From the IMG/VR virus record IMGVR_UViG_3300026159_000398: a DNA stretch of 64,000 bases; one strand, 5' to 3'. Below, piece by piece: positions 30,233 through 39,349 of this stretch (position 1 is the first letter of the stretch; each line of letters opens with the position of its first letter). Below the pieces are notes generated by a model. The model made no database searches, was not told the origin of the DNA, and saw only the letters and a program-made list of their open reading frames with translations. The translations under genes were made by a program, and so were the position numbers. The DNA is from a virus. Its lineage: Duplodnaviria; Caudoviricetes.

Positions 30233-30522
30233 TGAGGACCTCCATAGATATTTGGGTTTGCAATTGAGACATCGTTGTTTTTCTTTTCTCTTGGAATGTC
30301 TCGAATGCTTGTCGTCTGTTTTTTACTATCGTCTTCTTTACTCGCTCTTGGTGGAATTAAAATCCATTTCATTTTCTCTCCACATTCTGGACAACCGTTT
30401 TTAAATGGTTGCTTTTGAAGTCTTCTGCATTTAGAACACATATACAATGGTTCCGTTGCATCTATTGTATCAGGTGGTTGAATTCCTTGATAGTCATCGA
30501 GATATTGTTCAAATTTTCTCAT
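30229..30522 (-). CDS. Putative internal head protein with zinc ribbon
   Basis: Starts MRKFEQYLDD; CSKC...CPECG. Confidence 0.6.
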   Translation of the reverse strand: MRKFEQYLDDYQGIQPPDTIDATEPLYMCSKCRRLQKQPFKNGCPECGEKMKWILIPPRASKEDDSKKQTTSIRDIPREKKNNDVSIANPNIYGGPQ

Positions 30523-30904
30523 TACACTCCATCCACAAAATTGGCACTAGGAGAAATTGGTTTACCTGCATCTGGCTTTTGTGGAGCGCTTACCTTTTGA
30601 TCCCAATCTTCTCCTTTCACCGGATTAACTACTTTTTTTTTGTAAGGTTACGGATGATAGAGTCCAATGGTTTGCTGCCCATTGGGCCGGCATTAAACTT
30701 CTCGAGAGTGAGAATGATATCTTTCTGTTCGTCTTCGCCACCCTTCTCATATTTGGCAGTAATTTCGCGTTCCAATTGATGCATACGGTCTCTTTGAATA
30801 ATCATGAGACTGTCGGAATTCAAATAGTTGACATAATCACGAACCATCTCAACTAATTGAGATTCATTAAATATTTGAACGTCTTCCATGAATTTGCTGA
30901 GCAT
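30522..30904 (-). CDS. Putative internal head protein; 91-aa ORF extends to 30522 through a -1 shift in an A9 run
   Basis: Starts MLSKFMED; ACA AAA AAA AAG TAG; the -1 frame reads VVNPVKGEDWDQ...FVDGV to a TAATG overlap with the next gene. Confidence 0.55.
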
Positions 30905-30918
30905 AATGTCCTCTATAG

Positions 30919-30957
30919 AATTATATTACTATTTTGTGCTTTTTGCTTAATATAATT
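30919..30957. promoter_or_regulatory. Divergent pair of TAATATAATT motifs
   Basis: Minus copy 30919-30928, plus copy 30948-30957, between divergent genes. Confidence 0.5.
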
Positions 30958-30961
30958 TTAT

Positions 30962-31444
30962 ATGAAACGCAAAAAACAGCATAAAGTTTATGGTCGTAAT
31001 ACCAAAAAACGAACCATCAAAAAGGCTCTCAAATCATATACAAATCAAGAAACTGGTGAACGTAAAGAATCTTCAATTGAACAAAAAGTCCGTTTGTTTC
31101 TCGAGTCTGCTAATATTCCACATCAGCCAGAAAAGTTTATTGAACATGCTTTTTATGACTTTTTGGTTACTGACGGACTTAATTATACATTCCTTATAGA
31201 ATGTGATGGATGGTGGCACGGTCTTGATTCTAATGGTGAGCCGCTTCCATCAAATAAATTATTAAAAATTCATAAAAAGAATCAACGTAATGATAAACGT
31301 AAAGATAAAATTGCTCAAAAACTTGGGATTCCTTTAATACGACTCAAAGAATCCGACATCAAGAATAATTTTCAAGATATCAAAAAAACTATTCAAAATG
31401 AAATAGAGCGACAAATATATTTTAAACAGAGAGGACAGGACTGA
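30962..31444 (+). CDS. DUF559/Vsr-like endonuclease
   Basis: SSIEQKV...YDFLV...IECDG.WHG...NDKRKDKIAQKLGIPLIRLKESDI. Confidence 0.75.
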   Translation: MKRKKQHKVYGRNTKKRTIKKALKSYTNQETGERKESSIEQKVRLFLESANIPHQPEKFIEHAFYDFLVTDGLNYTFLIECDGWWHGLDSNGEPLPSNKLLKIHKKNQRNDKRKDKIAQKLGIPLIRLKESDIKNNFQDIKKTIQNEIERQIYFKQRGQD

Positions 31445-31511
31445 TCATCTTGATTCAGTACTCCAACTATTGAATCTTACTCTCTGAAATAATTATGTTG
31501 GAGATAATTAT
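31427..31511 (+). ncRNA. Structured leader RNA, copy 2
   Basis: P1 CAGAGAG/CTCTCTG; P2 AGGA-CTGATCA-TCTT; P3 GATTCAGTA-CTCCAAC-TATTGAATC; P4 ATAATTAT-GTTGGAG-ATAATTAT; L3 and L4 complementary. Confidence 0.85.
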
Positions 31512-32094
31512 GCCTACTGGATATATTTATCAAATCATTAACACTTCAAATTTCCATTCTTATATTGGTTACACTAATAATTTCATTTCTAGAATGAATC
31601 GCCATTATAATTGTCGTGGCAATTCTTTAATTTATCGTACATTTAGAAAACATGGTGTTGATAATTTTATTGTAAGAATTCTTGAACAACCATTAATTCA
31701 AAATTTACCAGAACGAGAAAAGTATTGGATTAACTTTTTTGATACATACCAAAATGGGTACAATATGACTCCTGGCGGCGATGGTGGTCCGACAACAAGA
31801 GGCAAAAAAAAGAAACCGCATAGTCTTCAAACAAAACAAAAAATGAGTGAAGATCGAAAAGGTAAATTACGCACTAAAGAATCTAAACAAAAACAAAGTG
31901 AAAGCTTAAAGGGTAATAAAAACCCTAGATTTATTTTTCTTTCCGATACACAAATCAATCAAATTATAAATTTTTATGAAAAACAAAAGTTGACTATAAA
32001 AGAAATTTCAGTTCAAATTAAAATTTCACAATACAAAATTAGACGTCTTTTAAAAGAACAAGATATTTACTTCGATTCACGGAATCCGAGATAA
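31510..32094 (+). CDS. GIY-YIG homing endonuclease
   Basis: Start reassigned to MPTGYIYQ (after SD GGAG); SYIG...R..RH...RKHGVDNF...EKYWI...GYNMTPGG. Confidence 0.9.
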   Translation: MPTGYIYQIINTSNFHSYIGYTNNFISRMNRHYNCRGNSLIYRTFRKHGVDNFIVRILEQPLIQNLPEREKYWINFFDTYQNGYNMTPGGDGGPTTRGKKKKPHSLQTKQKMSEDRKGKLRTKESKQKQSESLKGNKNPRFIFLSDTQINQIINFYEKQKLTIKEISVQIKISQYKIRRLLKEQDIYFDSRNPR

Positions 32095-32205
32095 ATTTTG
32101 ACTTTAAACATGTACAGGAGAAAATTCAAGATGAGATCAATCGCCAAATCAATTAAAGACACCATAATATTTTGTGTAAAAGTGTTTTCTTGGGCTATAA
32201 AAAAA

Positions 32206-32505
32206 TCATTTTCCTGATTTTTCATGTTCAATTTCTTTCTCCATTGCTTCAAGTTTGTCGTAATATGAGACTGGCCATGATTCTGCAATATGGTCAAGAG
32301 CAATACGTTCTGAAATTTCTTTATTATTTGTGTGCTCAAATTCTACTTTTATACCTTTTTCCAATTCTTTAAGAAATTGTTCTTGTGGTTGAAAATCTTC
32401 TTTTGATTTTCCGCTAGCAATAAATTTTCCTGCGGCAACGAAGTCTGCTTTGAAATCGACGTTTAATTCTTTTACGTCTTCAATGTATTCTCTAAATGTC
32501 TTCAT
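32206..32505 (-). CDS. Putative internal head protein with DUF5661-like motif
   Basis: Probable start MKTFREYIED; GIKVEFEHT...IALDHIAE...YYDKLEAME. Confidence 0.65.
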   Translation of the reverse strand: MKTFREYIEDVKELNVDFKADFVAAGKFIASGKSKEDFQPQEQFLKELEKGIKVEFEHTNNKEISERIALDHIAESWPVSYYDKLEAMEKEIEHEKSGK

Positions 32506-32680
32506 TATATTCACCAGTTTCTGGGTTTTTTTGTATAGTTCTTTTAAATCCACATTGAGTACATTTAAATGTTGTTCCAAATGTGTTGTCCATCGTTTTT
32601 TTATTTTTAGCACCACATTTTTGGCAAAATTCATTTGAAGATTTTTTTACATCTTCAAGATATTCTTTAAATGTCTTCAT
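32492..32680 (-). CDS. Putative internal head protein with zinc ribbon
   Basis: Probable start MKTFKEYLED; CQKCG...CTQCG. Confidence 0.65.
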   Translation of the reverse strand: MKTFKEYLEDVKKSSNEFCQKCGAKNKKTMDNTFGTTFKCTQCGFKRTIQKNPETGEYNEDI

Positions 32681-32997
32681 TTCTTTGGTACCCATTTGGA
32701 AAAATGTTCATCGCATTGTTCGCACATTTTTGTCAATGCATTTTCACGTAAACACGTTTTGCAACTCTTTTTAGCTGATTGTGGAATATTAACTTTGGCC
32801 TCAAGATAATCCTTTTCCTCGTTTCTTTCTTGAAAAGCTTGTGTCATATAATGACCAAAATTATTTTCTTCTTGGATTGATTTATCCCATCCTTTTTCCC
32901 AAATCCATTTCCATTTTTCAGGAGTATTGGCTTTTGTTTTATAAATGCCTCTTTTGGCATAAATCATCTTTTGTTGTTGTCTACTTTTTGGTGGCAT
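32677..32997 (-). CDS. Small basic hypothetical protein with CxxC pair
   Basis: MPPKSRQQQKMIYAKRG; internal DYLEA; CKTC...CEQC. Confidence 0.55.
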   Translation of the reverse strand: MPPKSRQQQKMIYAKRGIYKTKANTPEKWKWIWEKGWDKSIQEENNFGHYMTQAFQERNEEKDYLEAKVNIPQSAKKSCKTCLRENALTKMCEQCDEHFSKWVPKK

Positions 32998-33009
32998 AAT
33001 ATACTTCCG

Positions 33010-33246
33010 TTATTTTAAATAACCTTCAAATTTTCCTGGTTGTCTATGAATTTTATTAGCTTGATCAATTATAGCATCAAGATTATTTTTATTCTTTTTA
33101 ATCCACATTGGAAATGTCTCATCCAATTTTCCATGCGCCATCAAATAGTAATAAAGATTTCGAAGCAATTCATATTCTTCTGTGTCTTCTTGAGAAAGAT
33201 TTTCATCTTTATATGGGTCGCTTGTGTAACGTTCAGATATTTGCAT
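33010..33246 (-). CDS. Hypothetical protein
   Basis: TAATG coupling to the upstream gene. Confidence 0.55.
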   Translation of the reverse strand: MQISERYTSDPYKDENLSQEDTEEYELLRNLYYYLMAHGKLDETFPMWIKKNKNNLDAIIDQANKIHRQPGKFEGYLK

Positions 33247-34054
33247 TATTTTACTCTTTTAGTAAAGTGTTTTTGCATTCCTTCATGAATATAATCTGCT
33301 GCCCAACCAGCGACGTCTTCAATACCTTCAGATTTCAAAAATGCTTTTTCTTTCTTGGTATCTAGGTCAAAGTCGTGTCTTGACGCATACATGTCATACG
33401 CAACATCCCATGCAGCAGAACCAGCCCATTGGTTGAATTGGTCTTCCATATCTTCTTTGCTGAGTTTTTGTTGTTCAAGTTCGTATAATTGGTCACCAGC
33501 CATGTCAAAACCCATGCTTTCCATGGCTTTTTTGATTTTATCTATTGACATTCCTTTAAATTTTGCTTTGTCTTCTTTTTCTCTGCGTGCTTTGTCACGT
33601 TGCCAAGATCTTTCAAGTTTTTCATCATCTTCAACTTCTTTAAGACGTTTAGATATTTATTTGCAACACCTTCAGTTTTACGTTCTTCTTTGGCAAATTC
33701 TTCCTTATCTTTGGCTTTTTCTTTTGCTCGACGTTCAGGTTTTACAGTGGTCTTACTGAGGTATTTTTTCATCAATGGACTCCAACCTTCACGAGCATCC
33801 ATTGCTTCCCATGCTTCACAAGTACTGACAATGTCTTTAAGTTCTGCAAGAGAATCACCAGCAGAAATAAAAAGATCTTCAGTAACAGGATGGTAGACGT
33901 CATCGCGCGCCACGACAGCATCAAGATCTGCATCTTTGGCTATCTCATCAAGCCATTTGAGCATCTCATCTTTGCTTTCAAATGTCGGGACCTTTATGGT
34001 CTCATTAAGTCCAGAGCTTTTGGCTCGCTCAAAATATTCTTTAAACTTTCCCAT
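33246..34054 (-). CDS. Putative internal head protein split by a 1-nt frameshift (ORFs 33542-34054 and 33246-33551)
   Basis: Starts MGKFKEYFER; adding one A near 33655 gives a continuous ..NKISKRLKEVEDDEKLERSWQRDKARREKEDKAKFKGMSIDK.. (810 nt). Confidence 0.55.
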
Positions 34055-34293
34055 TAGTTAACCTCATATTCATGTACTAAACCGGCTATTTTGTTTGCTC
34101 TATATGATTTATATCGCTGATTATTAAATTTTTCATCAATGAGTGTTTCTGCATATTTTAAAGCAGCTTCTTTATTAAAGAAAATTTTATCTATAAAATC
34201 AGAAAGAAATGCATTATCTCTTTCAGCATATTGGTTTTCTACGATATAAATTTTATTTTTTGTTTCTTCTAAATATTCTTTAAATTGTCCCAT
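34054..34293 (-). CDS. Putative internal head protein
   Basis: Probable start MGQFKEYLEE. Confidence 0.65.
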   Translation of the reverse strand: MGQFKEYLEETKNKIYIVENQYAERDNAFLSDFIDKIFFNKEAALKYAETLIDEKFNNQRYKSYRANKIAGLVHEYEVN

Positions 34294-34730
34294 TAGGCTC
34301 TCTCCATTGTTCCTTGACGACCACATTCTGGGCACTCTACCCAATCCCAATCTTCTTCGTCTATTTCATCATCAGGAATATTATGTTCTTTTGGGTCAAG
34401 TTCATCAAAATGCCCACATTTACTGCATTTCAATGTTATTTTTTGTGATGCTTCTTCGGTAATTGGCTTCCAATTACCAAGTTTTCCTGGCTTGCATTTC
34501 TCGCATGTAGTTTCGTCTTGCTCATTTTTGTGTGTTGCAGTTTCGCCACAAAACATGCATTTACCTGATGACGCACGATTCGTCATGGTTTTTTCTATTG
34601 CATTATTTTTAGCTTGTCGTGACGCTTCTAAATATTCTTTAAATTTACTCATATAATTCTCCTTATTTTTTAAGCCATTCTTCGACTCGATCTTTGACAC
34701 AGACTCTAAATATTCTTTAAATTTACTCAT
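34293..34730 (-). CDS. Putative internal head protein with duplicated targeting peptide and two zinc ribbons
   Basis: MSKFKEYLES...MSKFKEYLEA (second ATG at 34652 has SD AAGGAG); CMFCG/CEKC and CSKCG/CPECG. Confidence 0.65.
   Translation of the reverse strand: MSKFKEYLESVSKIESKNGLKNKENYMSKFKEYLEASRQAKNNAIEKTMTNRASSGKCMFCGETATHKNEQDETTCEKCKPGKLGNWKPITEEASQKITLKCSKCGHFDELDPKEHNIPDDEIDEEDWDWVECPECGRQGTMERA
34627..34730. repeat. 26-bp identical direct repeat encoding MSKFKEYLE
   Basis: TCTAAATATTCTTTAAATTTACTCAT at 34627-34652 and 34705-34730. Confidence 0.9.
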
Positions 34731-35287
34731 TATTTTTTACCTCTATAAATTCCAGGTATTTCACGTTTCATCATGCCCATACCTTCTTTAATTGACTCAA
34801 TTACTTTATCTGCCCCAGGCTGACCAGCTCCAACAAATATTCCGTCAGGAGTATAATCACGAACTTCGTTTACGCCTTTAATTTTTTTTTGCGTAGCGTA
34901 AGAACCATCAGGATTTTTCATAGTCATTTGTGGGCCGCCTGATGCATGTTCATACTCAAACTTGCCGCCTTTCTTGCGTTTAAGTTTTCGAATTGTACCA
35001 ACATGATTAGGTGCTACAAAATTCGCAGTTGAAATTGTAGAACCACCAGCTGGAGCAGCTTCTTCAACATATTCACCCTTTTGAATTTTATCAAGGCGAT
35101 GTTGCACCGAACGAAGTTCTTGATTATAAAGAGCTTCATCACCACGATGAAATGGATTTCCTTCCCAAATGATTTCAGATTCTTTTTCATCAACAATAGC
35201 CAATTGAATATGATGTTGATCATATTCAAATGTTTTTATTGTTAATTTGTTTTGTGCAATTTCAAGATATTCTTTGAATCTGCTCAT
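34730..35287 (-). CDS. Putative internal head protein
   Basis: Starts MSRFKEYLEI; internal EYVEEA. Confidence 0.65.
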   Translation of the reverse strand: MSRFKEYLEIAQNKLTIKTFEYDQHHIQLAIVDEKESEIIWEGNPFHRGDEALYNQELRSVQHRLDKIQKGEYVEEAAPAGGSTISTANFVAPNHVGTIRKLKRKKGGKFEYEHASGGPQMTMKNPDGSYATQKKIKGVNEVRDYTPDGIFVGAGQPGADKVIESIKEGMGMMKREIPGIYRGKK

Positions 35288-35288
35288 T

Positions 35289-35504
35289 TTATTGTTCCTT
35301 TATTTCATATGAATCATCGTTTCTCATAGACTGATATTCATATTCATGATCAATCCATTTCTCTGCTTCGTTTTCTGTGTCAAAAGAAATAACAGGAATA
35401 GTGTATACATCATCATAATCTTTTACTTTTCTGACAACTAGAAACTTTTTATCTAGATTATTTTCATTTTTGACACTTTCCATATATTCTTTAAATCTAC
35501 TCAT
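35289..35504 (-). CDS. Putative internal head protein
   Basis: Starts MSRFKEYMES. Confidence 0.65.
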   Translation of the reverse strand: MSRFKEYMESVKNENNLDKKFLVVRKVKDYDDVYTIPVISFDTENEAEKWIDHEYEYQSMRNDDSYEIKEQ

Positions 35505-35737
35505 TTTTGTTTTCCTTCATGTGTATCGTGCGAATAATTTTTCCAAGCGGGGCATTCTTTACCGTCTTTTGTGCAATACATTTTATTATTCTTTTTGGAA
35601 TGCTTGCAGATGTTCCAGTAAATGTCAGCTTCGTCATCTTTGTTTTTGGCTATTTTGGCACCTTTATCACATTTAGAATAATCAGGCTGAAATTTTGAAA
35701 GTTGAACTGTTTCTAAATATTGATTGAACTTATTCAT
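35501..35737 (-). CDS. Putative internal head protein, Cys-containing
   Basis: Probable start MNKFNQYLET. Confidence 0.6.
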   Translation of the reverse strand: MNKFNQYLETVQLSKFQPDYSKCDKGAKIAKNKDDEADIYWNICKHSKKNNKMYCTKDGKECPAWKNYSHDTHEGKQK

Positions 35738-35924
35738 GAGCTGCATACTCCATTATTTCATTTGCTGCCTGCTCAATTTTAGCAAGTACTTGAATTCCAG
35801 GAAAGCTTAAATCTTCATTATCACGAAGTGTATTACAATAACGTTGAATGAGGTCTGCAGCTTTGGCAATACTATTAGCCTGCATCTCATCCATTTTTTC
35901 GAAATATTCTTTAAATTTACTCAT
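35730..35924 (-). CDS. Putative internal head protein
   Basis: Starts MSKFKEYFEK. Confidence 0.65.
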   Translation of the reverse strand: MSKFKEYFEKMDEMQANSIAKAADLIQRYCNTLRDNEDLSFPGIQVLAKIEQAANEIMEYAAHE

Positions 35925-36166
35925 TACTTAATTCCTTTTGATTTTAACCAACGCTTTATGCCATGAGGATATCCATCATTGATTTCGGCGTTTGATTTAC
36001 ACATTGAATGATTGATTTTATTAAACCACTTTTTGCGACTTTCTTCTGACATATCTTTGTACTGAGGAAGCTCACTAAAAAGTTTGAACATTTTTTCCGC
36101 AGACATTCTATTAGCACCGGGTATTCGTTGCTTTGCTGCTTCAAGATATTGGTTAAATTTACTCAT
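35924..36166 (-). CDS. Putative internal head protein
   Basis: Starts MSKFNQYLEA. Confidence 0.65.
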   Translation of the reverse strand: MSKFNQYLEAAKQRIPGANRMSAEKMFKLFSELPQYKDMSEESRKKWFNKINHSMCKSNAEINDGYPHGIKRWLKSKGIK

Positions 36167-36168
36167 TG

Positions 36169-36930
36169 TTATTCATCCTCTAATTCGTTGATTTCCATAT
36201 GCAAAAAATTTCTCCAGTAAAAACCAAAGATATCCTTGAGAATTGGATCAATTTTATAACTTAATTCTTCATCTGTTTTTGGGATTGTAAAGTGGAAAAG
36301 AAATTCGTCACCTTCTTTTAATAAAATAACATCAACATTGAATTTCTTAATCATGGCGGCTTTAATTTTGTTTGCGTCGGTTCTAGTCATCTTTTTATTG
36401 CCGGCCCACAATTTTTTCTGACGAATCAACATTTCATAATATTGAGATGGGACTTCAGATTTTTTACCACCCATGTATTTGTCACCACGCATCTGACGTC
36501 CTTCATAACCAGCTTGGTCATGGCGTCCAGTCAATAATTCTTCCATCGCATAGTCAGGTTCCATAGTAAGCCATTCAGCAGCTTCATCAGCATCTTGGAA
36601 CATGTAGTAAGCCATGATATCGAGAAGTTTTCCACGAACTTTGCCACCATCTGAAGTTTCCCAAACTGTGAGGGTTTTATTTGGGTAATATGCGTAACCA
36701 CCGCCACTGAGACCTGCGCCTTTCTTCAATTCAGGAGTAAGTGCAAGAATAACATCATAAAGATCATCAACTGAAAATCCTTCAACAGCGCGTGACATCA
36801 TAATTTCTTTGATGACTCGTGGAGAACCGTAAGCACGCAATTGTTCAATGGCGTCTTTTATTACTTCGGCGTCGTATTCTTGTGGTTGACGCTTTTTAAG
36901 TGCCTCAAGATATGTATGTAATCTTCCCAT
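36169..36930 (-). CDS. Putative internal head protein
   Basis: Probable start MGRLHTYLEA. Confidence 0.6.
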   Translation of the reverse strand: MGRLHTYLEALKKRQPQEYDAEVIKDAIEQLRAYGSPRVIKEIMMSRAVEGFSVDDLYDVILALTPELKKGAGLSGGGYAYYPNKTLTVWETSDGGKVRGKLLDIMAYYMFQDADEAAEWLTMEPDYAMEELLTGRHDQAGYEGRQMRGDKYMGGKKSEVPSQYYEMLIRQKKLWAGNKKMTRTDANKIKAAMIKKFNVDVILLKEGDEFLFHFTIPKTDEELSYKIDPILKDIFGFYWRNFLHMEINELEDE

Positions 36931-36931
36931 G

Positions 36932-37144
36932 TTATTTTCCCATTTCACGAACTAATGTGGATATGCGAATCATATCCATTGTTTCAATACCATGTTTCTT
37001 TTGGAATTCTTTAATGACCACGGAAGGCGGTACATCAGCTTTGTCAATTTCTTTATTGAGTTGCTTTGCTAATTTCTTATGTTCTTCTGGAGTCAATCTA
37101 TGCTTTCCAGTTGCCATTCCCATATAATCACTGAATTTGCTCAT
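36932..37144 (-). CDS. Putative internal head protein
   Basis: Probable start MSKFSDYMG (SD GAGG). Confidence 0.55.
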   Translation of the reverse strand: MSKFSDYMGMATGKHRLTPEEHKKLAKQLNKEIDKADVPPSVVIKEFQKKHGIETMDMIRISTLVREMGK

Positions 37145-37835
37145 TTGTTTTTTCCTCATTTAAAAATATATTACTCTTTTCGAACAAAGCAACCTTGTTA
37201 TTTCTGACGAAGTCTTTAAATTCTTCAACGTACCATGTATCACTGAAGCCAATAGACTGAAGTCTTTCTGGCGGGGTGTACTTGACTTTTACCATGGCCA
37301 ATGAATTCAATCCAGGAAAAACTTTCTCGAAATAAGTTTTGTTGTATACAATCCAGTTGCCTTGGTCTGTAATTTTCATGAACAAGAAACTGAGAGGCTC
37401 ACGCATTGGACGAGGATATTTTTCTTTGAAACAAAGGTAGGTCTCTGTGTCATAGCATATTTCATAGAGCCAACGTTCCAATTTTGCAGGTAGTTGTCCT
37501 TTTTCTAATTTCTTAAACGGAAAACCTGCATAATTCTTTGATTCAATGATGTAGCGGAATTTCAATTCGTATGGTGGGTAAATGTCTCCAATCATGCTCT
37601 CGAGTTGTTGTTCATTATACTTGTAGACTCGATCACGATTGGTCATACCAGTTCTGGCACCACTGTTGGGTATTCTTATAAATGAAAGTCCTGATTCTTC
37701 AGTCAAGAAATTCGCACAAAAACGCTCGCCATTTTTTCCTTTACGAATTGCAGAGCGAGCAACATCGCTTCTAGATTTTCCAGACTTTGTAGTCTTTGGC
37801 GCAAGCTTTTCAAATTTCTCGACATTCAAATTCAT
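37128..37835 (-). CDS. Holliday junction resolvase-like PD-(D/E)XK nuclease
   Basis: KGKNGER..ANFL...FIRIPNSGA...GDI...IESKNY is an Hjc-type motif set. Confidence 0.75.
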   Translation of the reverse strand: MNLNVEKFEKLAPKTTKSGKSRSDVARSAIRKGKNGERFCANFLTEESGLSFIRIPNSGARTGMTNRDRVYKYNEQQLESMIGDIYPPYELKFRYIIESKNYAGFPFKKLEKGQLPAKLERWLYEICYDTETYLCFKEKYPRPMREPLSFLFMKITDQGNWIVYNKTYFEKVFPGLNSLAMVKVKYTPPERLQSIGFSDTWYVEEFKDFVRNNKVALFEKSNIFLNEEKTNEQIQ

Positions 37836-38056
37836 ACTTTATCCTCTCTCACATTTGGGTCCTTTAGTTGTGGAAACACTCTTGGAGCGTCCATCAACGA
37901 AAGACAATCTTCTGCTTCTTTAATGATTTGTTCTAAATAATAAATAATATCATTACGCTTCATTTTTTCGCCGTCGCGAATGATAATTTCTGCTGATTTA
38001 ATTAAAATTGAAATTCTAGATAAAACTGCCTTCGGTATAGATTGTAGTGCTCTCAT
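37832..38056 (-). CDS. Hypothetical protein
   Basis: ATGA overlaps with both neighbours. Confidence 0.55.
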   Translation of the reverse strand: MRALQSIPKAVLSRISILIKSAEIIIRDGEKMKRNDIIYYLEQIIKEAEDCLSLMDAPRVFPQLKDPNVREDKV

Positions 38057-38313
38057 AGTATTGCTATTGCCTCATTCTCTTTCTGAAACATTGCAAATTT
38101 TCGTGAATCCATCATATCACGAATCCAATCATTCATTCTATTAACAATATCTTCGCGAACCAATAATTCTTGTCTTTTATCAAGAGGTATAAGTCTAAAT
38201 TTATTTATTTCAGTTATGATTTCGGTTGGAGTATCACCTTGAATAAATAAATTCTCATACTCATAATCAATCACGACCTCCATTGATTCAGTTTGAGTTG
38301 TAAAAACTAGCAT
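38053..38313 (-). CDS. Hypothetical protein
   Basis: SD AGGAG; operon packing. Confidence 0.6.
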   Translation of the reverse strand: MLVFTTQTESMEVVIDYEYENLFIQGDTPTEIITEINKFRLIPLDKRQELLVREDIVNRMNDWIRDMMDSRKFAMFQKENEAIAIL

Positions 38314-38321
38314 GGGGTCTC

Positions 38322-39095
38322 CTACGAAAGTTTATCTTTTGCTTTCTCCGTGATATTTTCAAGCTTATGAACAAATGATTTTGGATTTACGAATGTCTTT
38401 TTGATAATTTCATTTTTAATTTGTTCTTTGACTTCCATAATTTCATTCTTTTCAAGCTCACCACTGAGTTTGAAGCGAATCTGTCTTGGCTGCCAAAGTG
38501 AAGTAACAATTTTGACTGCGGCACGGTCAGTATCAGGAGATTTATCTGCATTGACTGTGTTTAAAATTTTACGGCCAGAAACCGGATTAGAAAGTTCCAA
38601 AACAAAAATAATAGAACCATCTTCTTGACCTTCTTCAAAATAGCCACGAAGCAAATAAAAATTTGCACTATGACCTTTAAAATCAAATTGTTTAAAGTAT
38701 GGATTTTGAATGGTATTATTGATGAGCCACTTTTTTGATTTGGTAAAGTTGCCATCAATCCATTTGTTCCACGGCTTAAATGGGTGATTTAATTTAACAG
38801 AAAAGAATTTAGTTCCAGCTTGATTGCGAAGGTCAAAAAAACCTGTCAGAATTTTTGGTGGCAGGTTTGTATTGGTTAATTCTTCACCATCAACCATGAA
38901 ATATTTTTCAAGAATATTTTCGAATGCGGTCCCAAGTTCTTTGGTGTCTTTTCCTGCTTTCAATTTCATGTAGAGTGAATGATAAATAACCGTATTGGCG
39001 TGCATTTTTTCTTGCTTTGAAAGTGATCGTAAAGACATGGCACCGCCAGATACACCCATTCTGGCGTCTTCAATGTATGTTAAATATTCTTTCAT
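38322..39095 (-). CDS. Hypothetical protein with targeting-like N-terminus
   Basis: Starts MKEYLTYIEDA; 257 aa. Confidence 0.6.
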   Translation of the reverse strand: MKEYLTYIEDARMGVSGGAMSLRSLSKQEKMHANTVIYHSLYMKLKAGKDTKELGTAFENILEKYFMVDGEELTNTNLPPKILTGFFDLRNQAGTKFFSVKLNHPFKPWNKWIDGNFTKSKKWLINNTIQNPYFKQFDFKGHSANFYLLRGYFEEGQEDGSIIFVLELSNPVSGRKILNTVNADKSPDTDRAAVKIVTSLWQPRQIRFKLSGELEKNEIMEVKEQIKNEIIKKTFVNPKSFVHKLENITEKAKDKLS

Positions 39096-39349
39096 CTTTC
39101 CATCTCTTGATCAATAAGTTGTTGACGATATGCACGATGACGCTTTTTAATGGCATCACGTTTTGCAAAATGTTCCTTTTCTGCTTCTTTGGGATCTTTT
39201 TGAATTGTTTGTGATGAACCAAACCCAGTACAAGTTGGACATTGATAACGTGTACTATAAATATTATCATGTTCTATTTTCATATCTTGACCACATTTGG
39301 CACATTGTTTTGATTTTACAACTTCAAGATATTGTTCAAATTTATTCAT
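39092..39349 (-). CDS. Putative internal head protein with zinc ribbon
   Basis: Starts MNKFEQYLEV; CAKCG...CPTC. Confidence 0.65.
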   Translation of the reverse strand: MNKFEQYLEVVKSKQCAKCGQDMKIEHDNIYSTRYQCPTCTGFGSSQTIQKDPKEAEKEHFAKRDAIKKRHRAYRQQLIDQEMER

